A stretch of DNA of 64,000 nt from Azolla caroliniana. Taxonomy: Eukaryota; Plantae; Polypodiophyta. Position numbers and translations under genes: made by a program. The stretch is taken from positions 25,110,001-25,174,000 of the forward strand of contig JBHGNT010000004.1 in NCBI GenBank assembly GCA_043228905.1. Direction: 5' to 3'. The notes below the pieces were generated by a model. That model did not search any database and was not told the DNA's origin. It saw only the letters and a program-made list of their open reading frames with translations. Positions within the stretch are counted from its first letter, which is position 1, and the number at the start of each line of letters is the position of its first letter. Of this stretch, positions 13,200 to 24,181 are shown one piece after another.

Positions 13200-13700
13200 C
13201 AAATCAAGATTGCAAGCACTAACAAATGGTATCTAAGTCATGGAGTCAAACTACTTGAAACAAAACAACAATTGGAGCTCACTAGAGATGGTGATGCCAT
13301 AAGGAATGAAATGCACACTCTTGGAGAAATGGTCAATGACATCATAGCCCTAGGTAGATGGGAGCTTGAGTCACAATGAAATCCACTAAAATGCTCTTCA
13401 AAATCCATGTGTATGTTGCTTAAGAGATTTTTCATGAAAACTAATGTCACATGACGATAAAGAATATTGATAGCGTAGTGGACACATGGTCAATAATAAT
13501 ATTGATCAATGAGTCCCAAAGTCTCGGTAGTTCCAAAGTGGTCATGGAGAGGGAAATCATGACAAGGTTGCATAACTTGAAGTTGAGAAACATCATTCGA
13601 AACATACAAGAAATCACATTGAAAGATCATGCCATGACAAACCTAAAAAGCATCATAGTCTCAACATTGAAATGGAGATCCAGAGGAAGAGCTTGAACCA
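13200..13700 (-). mobile_element. Highly degenerate LTR-retrotransposon remnant (Ty3/gypsy integrase zinc-binding region)
   Basis: Minus-strand translation gives GMIFQCDFLYVSND and PLHDHFGTTETLGLIDQYYY*P, resembling the gypsy LYVP...GHFGxxKTLELIxxxYYWP segment. A weak PBS-like TGGTATCTAAGTC follows TAACA on the plus strand at 13227. Confidence 0.4.
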
Positions 13701-15060
13701 TGACTAGAAACAATATCGTGTAAATTGCCTCCAACAAATTGCTACCATAAGGTGTTTCAAACAATGAATTTACATTTGCCATATATACTTGGATATTATA
13801 TATATTCAATCTCCTCATGCATGTTTGGCATCTTTAATACCATAAACAAACAAATCCTTTCTAGCAATAAAATACATGAGTTTTATAGTTATGATGAGTT
13901 GTTTTTATTTGCATCATCCAAGTGTAACACATGCATTGGAATAATACATCCTTCCACTTGAATTACCATGTGCAATATAGAACTAATAGTCTATTGGTCC
14001 TTTCATTTAAGATCCATAACTCAATCTCTACTCAAATTCTATATAAACATTATTAATTCGCTAGCCTTCCCACTGATCATTGCGCTTAGCCCTAAGTTGG
14101 CAATAGGACAACTTCATAACATGATACACTTGTGCGGGCTACAACAACCCCAATGGTTTTTTATGCAAATGATGTTTATAAATCCATTCTTCTATAGTTG
14201 GTAAAATATATGCACAATGCATGATAACAAAAGAATGTTATATATTTCAAATAAGGAAGAATTATTGCCAATAATAAGAGATTATTTAAGAGAGGTACTA
14301 TTATTCCTATATCTTTTGATGTGACATGAGATTTTATGGCAACAATGGACAAATCATGGAAAAGTACCTTTTGTTTTCTAAAGCATAAAGTGAAAACATT
14401 GTGTCAAACTTTTTATTTTAAACATTAAATGTCTACACATTTTGGACATTTACAATTATAGATCAAATGTACAAGTCTTGTGGGAAAGGTTATGAATCAT
14501 GATTTATGGCCTTACAATGTAAACTATAGTCCAATGTTACCTCATGTTTTTAGTTTGAAATAACTTCTACTAACCTTTGAGTCACACTCACTCTACATTC
14601 TTGTATAAAAAGCATTTAGATTGATCACACATGTCAACACTTTACAAAAGCATTCAGTTTGGTCATGCAAGCTAGCATGTCACTAGGGGGTAGATTCATA
14701 ATTATGGTCTATAGAGGTAGGTTTAGTAAGGCAGTGTCACTAATAAATTATCTTACAATACATAAAGCCTTGTTATGTGATTACAAGTACATTGTTCACA
14801 TGCTCCAACCCTTGTTTTTTACTTGTGAATGCTATTACATCTTGTAAGAAACTTAGCATTATAACATTATTTGGTTGGTGGTTAAAAAAGTGTCTTGCGC
14901 AAACAACTCTAGTCTCTCTTTCCAAGTTTCCTCACCAAGCACCAATGTGCCAACTTCCTACAATTGGTTTCAATCAAAAGACCTAAGTATTGTAGGTCAT
15001 TTATAGGGTCAAAGTGGCCAAAATCATATAAGTTGGAGGAAATATGATTTGCTTGATAGG

Positions 15061-15657
15061 TCACACAAATTATGTCAAATTAGCAATAGTTTTTCTCAAA
15101 CCTTTGAGCAAGTCCATAGCAATTCTTCACTACATCATGCATGATGTGACACAAGTTATCTTTAACCATCACCATAGAATCCTCTTTGCATTATTGGAAA
15201 ACCAAAGTGCTATATATTCATAAGTTTATTTTTCAACCAAGGTTGTGATTATTGTAAGTGCCACGAAGCTTTTGTATTTTCTTGGAACCATGAAGAAGGT
15301 TGTAGTAACCTATGCGCTAAATGTGGTTGAATCTTATGCATTGAAATTAGCGATATCAATCACACAAATTATGTCAAACTAGCGAAAGTCTTTCTCAAAC
15401 CTTGCATAAGTCCATAGCAATTCTTCACTACATCATGCACAATGCGACAACACATCGTCTTTAATCATCACCATAGGAATCCTCTTTGCATAATTGGAAA
15501 GCCAGTGTTATATATATTCATAAGTTTGTTATTCAACTAAGGTTGTGATTTTTATAAGTGCCACAAAGCATTTGTATTTTCTTGGAACCACGAAGAGGGT
15601 TGTAGCAACCTATATAGTCAATGTGGTTGAATCTTATGCATTGAAATTAACAATATC
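15061..15657. repeat. ~299-bp diverged tandem duplication
   Basis: TCACACAAATTATGTCAAA at 15061 and 15360. The copies are colinear through GTGGTTGAATCTTATGCATTGAAATTA, with scattered substitutions and small indels. Confidence 0.92.
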
Positions 15658-15877
15658 GGCTCATTTTAGCATCTAGTCGTATCTATGTAAAGGAGGGGGC
15701 ACACATACTAATTTGAGAACCAACTATGTTGATTTATTCCATATAGGTCAAGGATTCTATATCATTGAAGCCTAATTAGTGACCTTGATCATTTACACAA
15801 GTTGAATTGATTTCAACCCTTTCTTGGCTTGGAAAAAAACATTTCTAAGTTCTTCCGAAACTAATGATCATGGGGAT

Positions 15878-16434
15878 TAAGAGTCGGTAACGGTTCAGCT
15901 TGAACCAAACCAAACCTCGAAATCGCGGTCTAACAGCTTAACGGTTTAAAAGGCTCAGCTCGGTTTGGTTCAGGTTCAAGTGTTTTTAAGTGTTCTTAAA
16001 CGGCTCAGTTTGGTTTGGGGTTGAACAGTTGGTTCGGTTCGGTTAACGGTTAGAAATTGCGGTTTAAACAATTTAATGGTTTTTTACTTCTTCTTCTTTT
16101 TTTTTAATTTGTTTTTTTTTTTAACAATCTTTTCATTTTTATTATTTAAGCCTAATTCTCACATTTTAGGAAAAACTTTAAAATTTTGAAATTTTAAAAT
16201 TTAAAATAATGAAAAAAATTTAAAGTTTAAATTTTGAATTTTGACTTAAGTTGAAAACCGAAACCGAATCACAAAACTGCGGTTTTAACAGTTTAACGAT
16301 TTGGTTTAAACGATTTCGGTTCAAATGGTTTTGTGGTTCGGTTCAAGTTTCAAAAAATTTATACAGTTTGGCTTCAAACCAGTTCAGGTTTGACACTCTC
16401 AAACCGAACTGAACCGAACCGTTGCTGATTGTTA
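15878..16434. mobile_element. Non-autonomous hAT-type MITE with 8-bp TSD
   Basis: Perfect TSD ATGGGGAT at 15870-15877 and 16435-16442. Imperfect TIRs TAAGAGTCGGTAACGGTTC / GAACCGTTGCTGATTGTTA. Dense subterminal AACCG/CGGTT motifs and an AT-rich core. Confidence 0.88.
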
Positions 16435-18282
16435 ATGGGGATATAGCACTTCGATGTAAGCCGTCAAACACAAAGAGTTCTTGAATTCTAGGTTTCTTCA
16501 CAATCTTCCTTCCAATATTGTAGACTCTTGGAACTAAGTTGGCATACTTTCATACGTCAACAAAGCTTCCAAAACACTATATCCCATGAGCCAAATAACT
16601 TGGATTTTAAATTGACAAACATAAATGTTTGTATCATTACCCAAGTCAATGTTTGTCGACCAAATTTTGGCAACACATTGTTATTCTAATCAATATTATG
16701 CAACTATAAAACATGATTATTTTATATTGTGTGCATAGTTTCTCTTTGTGATAGGAGTCATATGCCTCTACAGGATTGAATCATATCATTTTTGTATTAA
16801 TCTTTTGTATAGTTTGTTTGGGCCAATCATCATAAATTGGTAATACTAAATGTAAGCCATGAATATCGATCCACTTATTCTCAACCTAAGATGGGGGGTC
16901 CATGTTACAATATTCCAACAAGTTAGATTTTGTTTCACTTTTTGAAGAATCGATGTGTACTTTTATAGTATCCTAAACTAATATGTTATAATTGTAGGAC
17001 GAGGGGGATATCATATAATATCAACTCAATTCAAAACTAAGGATATATATATCCTTTTTTACTACAAAGGTAAACTTTAAATTACACACATTTTCCAACA
17101 AGTGTGTTCACCCAGGGTGTGTAGTTGAGCTTGATATCTTGACATCCACAACCCTTTCAAAGTCGATCTACATTGTGGAACATCTTGTTTTGTGTATTTA
17201 GCATACTCCATTCTAATTTACGAATTCACAATATTATCTATATATTACCTTTACAGAATGAACCCATATTGCATATCATCAACAAAGTATGTTTGATATG
17301 ATTCAAGGTTACCTTTGCAATGAGTTTATATATCATTGGCATCGCAAATATCAATTGCCAATTCTAGACAAAATCACACAATTTCTTTTTGAGTGCTAAT
17401 TTGACCAAGCCTTCTTCCCATGATACTTTCATATTCTACTACTTGTTTGTCAAGTATTTAAAATATACATTATGCATCTTTAAAAACATCCAATTTTCAT
17501 ACCTAAAGATGGTTAACCTAAACGCATAACAAATTGCAAATATATGAATCCCTTTACAAAATTGCATTTGTTTTTTGTTCCTAGTCGATGGCCCCATGTC
17601 ACGATTGAAGCCTTGTATGGTGCACGATCCTCTCTCCCTCTCCCTCTCTAATTCTTTTGCAAAGAATCCTCCTGGAATGGAGTACTCGCAAACACAAGAT
17701 ATATCCCCCCTCTGCTATATTGGAGTTGCGTAAGAATATTTCTATTTTGGCTCACCCTTGTCAATTGGTATATGTCGGATGAGCTAAATATGATTTCCTA
17801 CCCATGCTTGTCCCCAGATTTTCTAAGCATAGACATTCATAGCCTATAGTGGCCTTAACAATATTTCTCCTATATATGTATGAGTATATGATACATATAT
17901 GGCCCTAGGGCACATTTCACACTTCGAAAGGCGTGGATGATAATTTTTGTGTTTCTTTTTAGGATATGTTGGAAATTTTGATCTTATAGAAAGCAATGGG
18001 TATTGAAACGCTTTTGATAGTTTAAGAATTTATAAATTCAACATCAATGAAATTATTCATACATAAATACTTCACATGCGGCTTATAATATTTTATTGAA
18101 ATGGAACTTTTTATATTTAAATATCATTGAAAGTGTCAAAATGGGTTATTTTTAAAATAACAATTCAAGTTCGCAATGTTGAAAAAACAATTTTGATAAT
18201 GAGGATTAGCCATTTAATGTCATCGATGCCAAAATCTACAAACTAATGCAACACATTTCATTATATTCCAATAATTGTCGCC

Positions 18283-18467
18283 TTTAACAGTTCAATTTAG
18301 GCTTGAGCTGAGCCGTTGCCGATTCCTAGTTCCACACTCATATTTGTGATGGCTTGTAACAAAATAATCTTATTATAAGAATTTTTAACATAACAAGCCA
18401 TCACAAATATGAGTGTGGAACTAGGAATCGGCAACGGCTCAGCTCAAGCCTAAATTGAACTGTTAAA
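18283..18467. repeat. Perfect 75-bp inverted repeat with 35-nt loop
   Basis: 18283-18357 is the exact reverse complement of 18393-18467; the loop is 18358-18392. Confidence 0.97.
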
Positions 18468-18724
18468 CCATTTAAAAACAGTTTTGTGGTTCGATTCGGT
18501 TTAGGTTTGAGCTTTTGTAATCAATTTGATCTCAGTTTGGAATGGCTCAAACCAAACCAAACTGATTTGGGCCAAACTAGTTAAGGCTTAATCGGCTTGG
18601 CTAAAGTGGTTTAGGAATAGGTTCAATTCAAGTTTGGAAACTCCCAAATTAATTAGGGCTTAATTGGTTTGGTTTGGACAAGCCCAAACCAGTTAAGCCG
18701 AAACTGAACCGTTGTCGATTCCTA
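18422..18724. mobile_element. Second hAT-type MITE related to the one at 15878
   Basis: TIRs TAGGAATCGGCAACGGCTCAG / CTGAACCGTTGTCGATTCCTA. Internal AACC/GGTT motifs. Flanks TGTGGAAC and TTTTGAAC match 6/8, consistent with a decayed 8-bp TSD. Confidence 0.82.
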
Positions 18725-20719
18725 TTTTGAACAATATTGCATGAACCCATTTAGAGACATAGTGAAGTCATTTAATGGTGATTGCTTTCCAAGTTGATTT
18801 GGATAAGATGTACATTCAACAAATGAGATTTCATGTTCACATGCTTACTCCCGTTAAAAACTAACTCATGAATCATATAACATTACAATTATGTCATTAT
18901 GGACTTTTCTCGTTATGATTCTCTCACAAATAGCTAGTCAGATTTATCATCACACCCTAGACAGTTTATTTATGTGACTTTGTGTATGTATTTCAGCAAT
19001 CAAGCATATAACCATAGATTGCCAAATCTGAACAACAAATTGAACTCCTTCACAACCTATACACCACAACATTTTGTCCCACTTTCCTACATTCATGGGT
19101 AAAGGGTATGAAGTTGATATAAATTTATTTCCTTCCATGCACTTTTTTGTTTTGGAACTACTACAAAAAACAACTAGGGGTGACTCCTTATGTGTTTGCA
19201 CATCATACTCATTACACAACAAGGGGTCCACGATTTTCAAAAACTAGGTCCATCGTTATTGATTGTATTTTTTTGTGATTGTTCATGATAAATGTTGAAA
19301 TGTAGAAACACAATGAGATTCTCATTGAATTTTTACTAAATCCGTGACTTCATTGCCTTTTTACTATACTCAATTCATGTACATTGATGGTGAGCTTACA
19401 TAATCATACATCCTTCACGCACTTAACCCCTGACCTCCTTACTGCATGTCGTAGACTTTGACCAACATGCAATTTACGTATAATACTTATTATAACATTC
19501 TATATGTACCATTTTCACATAATAGTTATTGAAAAATCTTGCATGGAAGTTGAATGTCAAACATGATATTAGTCAAGTGGGGTGTGTTCAATAGCGTTAG
19601 ATGGTGAGAATACATAGAACTAAGGTTAGTATATATAGAAAATTTCCAATCTAGTTAAATCATCTCGCTTCAACACCAATTTTCGGTCAAGGTGTTCCCA
19701 CCATAGTACTTTTATTCTTCTCATACATGTTATGTTTTATTTCCTTTTTTTATTCGATATTGGATCATTTGGGCCTTGGTAGTTTGACTCGAATTGGTTT
19801 GATGACATTGGAACTTTCTTATTTATTATACCTATTTTTGTGTAGCTCGCCACCTAGTCCTAGTGCATGATCACCACTTGACTATCTAAAGTGTCATGTG
19901 AATGCAACAAGAATTAAATATTTATAATCTTACAGCCGGAATTTTATAATGGTTAATCTTGTTAGAATATTTCATATGGTTATGGCCCATGGCTTCAAGT
20001 CTCCCTAAGCAATTTATGGCATATGAATGCTAGAGACAACTTTCATTATTAAGATTTTGGTTTTATTTTTTTTCCAAAAATAAGATTTTGGTTTTAATAT
20101 CCATGAAGGTTCCACTTGATTAATGAATGAAAGATGATGTAAGTTGCATTTACCTTAACCTAGGGTTTACTAAAGTTAAATAACCTACATTTGACAACTA
20201 CTTATGTTTGGTTGTCATTGCACCTGCCATGCTCTATTTACAACCACGTCAAAGCATATAGCCAGTAATAAATTATTTCCCTATGTCATGGAATTTGAAA
20301 TCATACATCTTTCGGTCCATTCAATACTTTACATAAATGCGTATATCTATAACACGAACTAGAATCCAAATTTGGAATGCAATAGTCATCATTATTGATC
20401 AAGTTGCTTTGATTAAAGAAGACAAGAACAAAACTTTTTTGTTTAAAAGGAGGAAACAATGACACAACATATTTCATTTCATGCTTAAATCCAAGAAGCC
20501 AATAAAATGGGTAAAGTACTCCATCTTATATTAGATTATTAGGTCCTACACTATTTAAAACAGGTTGTAATTGGGGTGAAGACAGTAAATGGCAACCAAT
20601 AGACTAAATATAAAGGTTATCTAGCCTTGTACAAGTTCTAATGCAAGGTTGCCAAGTGGCCTCTCTAAGGTGCTAGGTTCCACCTTTCACCCCCTTGGAA
20701 ATGAACCTAGGGACACACT

Positions 20720-21181
20720 CTTTTTTTTCCAAAAAAAATCTCCTTCCATTAGTTATAAAATTTTACAAATGGGACGATTATGTACAAATCCCTGTAGGGA
20801 CGCGATAGTTCCATCTTATGTGGATGCCCACTGACTCAAGAAAGGGAGAGGACGACCATTGTTGATGAAGGCTATTCGTTGTCTTTCAACTCCATCAGAG
20901 CTGCCCTTGACGCCATAATATTGGCTCTTTAGAGTGGCTACAATCTCACTCCATATCTCTTGCAGTAACCTTGTTGGATGCGCGGTTTGGTTGGAGAAGA
21001 CCCATCTACACCGTTGTTCCCATAGAATCCAAAGAGTTATTGGGTTGACCAAATCCAACACAGCTTGAGATTTGTCATTAAGAGGAGTTGAGCGGACATT
21101 GTCGTTGGTGAAGAAAGAAACCTCTTGTGCTTTTATCACCAAAGTCATCCCCTCCTCTTGATGCTCGTATCGGCCAATTGG
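20720..21181 (-). mobile_element. Short 5'-truncated LINE 3' end, same family as 7809-9179, flanked by a 91-bp direct repeat
   Basis: Minus-strand YEHQEEGMTLVIKAQE...ITLWILWEQRCRWVFSNQ matches the 8.7-9.1 kb copy. Same 3' end (GGAAGGAG..T8GG-A8). Direct repeats at 20629-20719 and 21182-21272 with 3 mismatches. Confidence 0.85.
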
Positions 21182-23273
21182 GTACAAGTTCTAATGCAAG
21201 GTTGCCAAGTGGCCTCTATAAGGTGTTAGGTTCCACCTTTCACCCCCTTGGAAATGAACCTAGAGACACACTTTTTGGTTTTGTTGAGACACATAATCTA
21301 ATGATGCACAAAAAAAGGTGTACTTAATTAAACTACTACTAGGGAAATTTAGAATTGATCATCATGTGTCTCGAAATCTTTAATGTTGTACAATTTTTTA
21401 CGTTTTTGCTCAAGAACCACAAAACTATGGAGGAATTAGAGTGGGAAAATACCAATCTAAAGTAGCAAACAAGAAAACAAGAATGAACTTCTTTGTTTGA
21501 GTGAAATAAAGAAAAATACAAAACCATAATGAGAGAGATGTAGGGTCGTTGTTGTTGGTGCCCTTGAAATGCTGACATGTTATAGATTATTGAGGAGAAT
21601 GCCACGTATAGATTCCGTATATGCCTAGTTGCCAAAGCCATTTTAGTGATTGTGTCACAAATTTGGGCATTGTTAACTGGGTTTTATTCAAGGAGCCAAA
21701 GCTTTACTGTCATTGTTGTATGTGGTAGTGTTTGACTACCTTAAGTAATTTTCTCTATGGTATAATTGGAGTACGGGAATTGTGTTCTTGTTTGACGGTC
21801 TCCCTAGTGTATAACAATAGGTTCTTAGGCTAAAAGAATAATTGATTTAATACATAGTTTCGATGATTGCTCGCTACACACATCGTCATAAAAATTGTCT
21901 TTATTTTAGATTGTCTTACAACACCATAGAGTATCTACTTCGCCATAAGTTCATCACTTGTATATTAGATACAATAAAGGTTGTTTGCATTGTCATGTTC
22001 TTTTAATACATGCATGTGCTTCTATGAGGGAAAAGATGAACCTATATTCCAACTAGGGTTGAAATCATCCTATGAGATAAATCATGATTACTAACACTAT
22101 AATTTCCAACTTAAGTAGAATAAGGAAAAGCACATCACCAAATGTGGGGAGAGCAACATCAACCTATGAGATAAAATCATGATTACAAATATGGGTAAAT
22201 TTAGCCTTATCCATGTTGAAGCAAAAGTAGACGCTTTAGGTTTTCTAAAATTTCGTGATAATGATCTTATTGCATGGGAGGGAATGATGTATGTGATGGT
22301 ATGCGAGCATGAAGTGCATAATGAATGTGTGCGGAATGATTGGTGATATATTGGTTTGTGTAGTGAAGTGAGGCTATGACCAAGTTCATTTTGTGCTTGG
22401 GGGTATCCTCGAATGGATTGGTTGAGTAAAAAAAAGGATCTCCATGATTGAGTGCTCATATTGCCCACGTGCCTTCTATCTCAATATCCTGAATCTCTTG
22501 CTGTCATCAACCTTCCTCTATTCTCTCTACGATGACTCCTCAAATGTTGTCAATGTAGACGAGGCATATTTAAGAAGACGAAGATGCGGGATTATCGTTG
22601 CATCCTATTTGATAATATAAGGGTTGATCTCTCTTGAAACTCCAACAAGCTTTAACCAAAGGCTTACAAGTCAATCTTCTTTCTAATATGTCAAATGACA
22701 GTGAAACCCACAAAGAGGCATACTTACCCTCAATGTCTTTGCAAGTTGGACAATAGGAGATGAAGTCATCCTTGCGCTCAACCTCTTCTCTACTTTACAT
22801 AACATTGCAAAGTTTTTTTGGCTTTAGGTATGTGTATGGTTTGTCTAACTTCAAATTTCAAACGGTGGGAGAAAACTTTAAGTTGGCCTATTTCTCTGTA
22901 GTACGACGAGATAAATAACTATCTATAGACCCTGGTATCTTTACGAAATTCTCGCAGCAAGGAGCTTGTAAAATGAAAACTTAACAGAGCATCTCTAGGG
23001 GAGAGAGGGTCCATTAGTGTTATTGACCTGAATATGTTGGTGTGTAGAACCAATGAAATTAATCTTGCTTGCCGCACCTTGTTCTCTGCATCAGTTTGGA
23101 GAGGAGTCGGGGGTGTAGGATGACAAATCTCATCTTCCATTCCAAATGGTGGAAGTGTTGTGGTGAGCAACGAGGTTTGTTTGTTATATATAAATATATA
23201 TATACCGACTCTTGTGTTTGTGATCTATCAAACGGGGGGCAGGGTGGGGCGGGGCCCTAGAGAGGCAAAAGGA

Positions 23274-23455
23274 GAGAGACATAGTTAGATTAGAGATGGG
23301 TGCAACCATGAGGCCGTGTCCGATATACTGACACATGGTGGGGTGGGGCCCAGAGATCCGAAAGGTGAGAGACATAGTTGGATTAGAGATGGGTGCAAGC
23401 ACGAGGCCGTGTGTGATATACTGACACATGAGGCATGTCCGAGAGACATAGTTAG
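23274..23455. repeat. Short tandem repeat (~64-bp core, 2 copies plus a partial third) upstream of the ARID-HMG gene
   Basis: GAGAGACATAGTT(A/G)GATTAGAGATGGGTGCAA...GAGGCCGTGT..GATATACTGACACATG at about 23274 and 23368; GAGAGACATAGTTAG again at 23441. Confidence 0.85.
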
Positions 23456-23754
23456 CAGAGGAAGGAATAAAAAATAATGTGGGGTAGGAATCAGGATAGG
23501 TGTGTGAAAATAAGTAAGTAAGTAAGTATGTATGTATGTATGTATGCATTCAAGAGGATTTGAACCCATGCTCTAAGAAGAGCCTTTGGTTTGTTGTTGG
23601 TACATACTCTAATTAGCTTAACCAGAAAAGAAAAGCTACAGAGAGAGGCAGGCAGAGAGAAATGATGGAGGAGAGATGGGAGATAATAACTAAAGATTTG
23701 GCCAAAAAAACTGACAGAGTTTGGGAGAGTATATAGTACATAGCTGTGAGGAAT

Positions 23755-23768
23755 TAGGGTTAGGGTTT
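23755..23768 (-). promoter_or_regulatory. Telo-box motifs (AAACCCTAA) upstream of the ARID-HMG gene
   Basis: TTAGGGTTAGGGTTTT about 420 bp before the ATG, and AACCCTAA at about 23870. Confidence 0.45.
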
Positions 23769-23957
23769 TCCGTGCAGTTTTGAAATTTCTTCTTCTTTGG
23801 GCCTTTCTTTCTTTCTTTCTTTCTTTTTGTTTCGGGGGTGTTTCTCTCTTTTTTACCCATCTCTGTAGGAACCCTAAGTTTTGGGTTTTCCTTTTGTTTT
23901 TTTCGCCCATTTTCGAGAAGTGGGTTTCGTTTCCTGCGCTTTTTCCGCTCTTGGGTC

Positions 23958-23991
23958 TTTCTTCTTCTTCTTCTTCTTCTTCTTCTTCTTC
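23958..23991 (+). repeat. (CTT)n microsatellite in the probable 5' leader; TAAG/TATG microsatellites at 23510-23546
   Basis: About 11 TTC units are directly visible. Confidence 0.9.
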
Positions 23992-24181
23992 CAAATCGTG
24001 TTAAAATATCAATGTTCTTTCTCTGCTCTTTTGTGAGAATTTCAAAGCACTTCCTTTTCTTCGTTTGATTTCTGTAGAAAACAGTTTCAGAAAACTTCTT
24101 CGCCAAATTCCTTCAAAAGTCTGCAAATACTTTTGTTTCCGTTTAAAAGAAAGGAAGAAAAGGAAAGTAAGTGTGGTGGCC

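Noticed and set aside
13700-18240. Large decayed DNA transposon (MULE-like) underlying this interval
   Set aside because: No convincing transposase motif, TIR pair or TSD could be established by eye.
23491-24106. Glu/Arg/Lys-rich minus-strand ORFs
   Set aside because: Produced by the (CTT)n microsatellite and pyrimidine-rich leader of the ARID-HMG gene.
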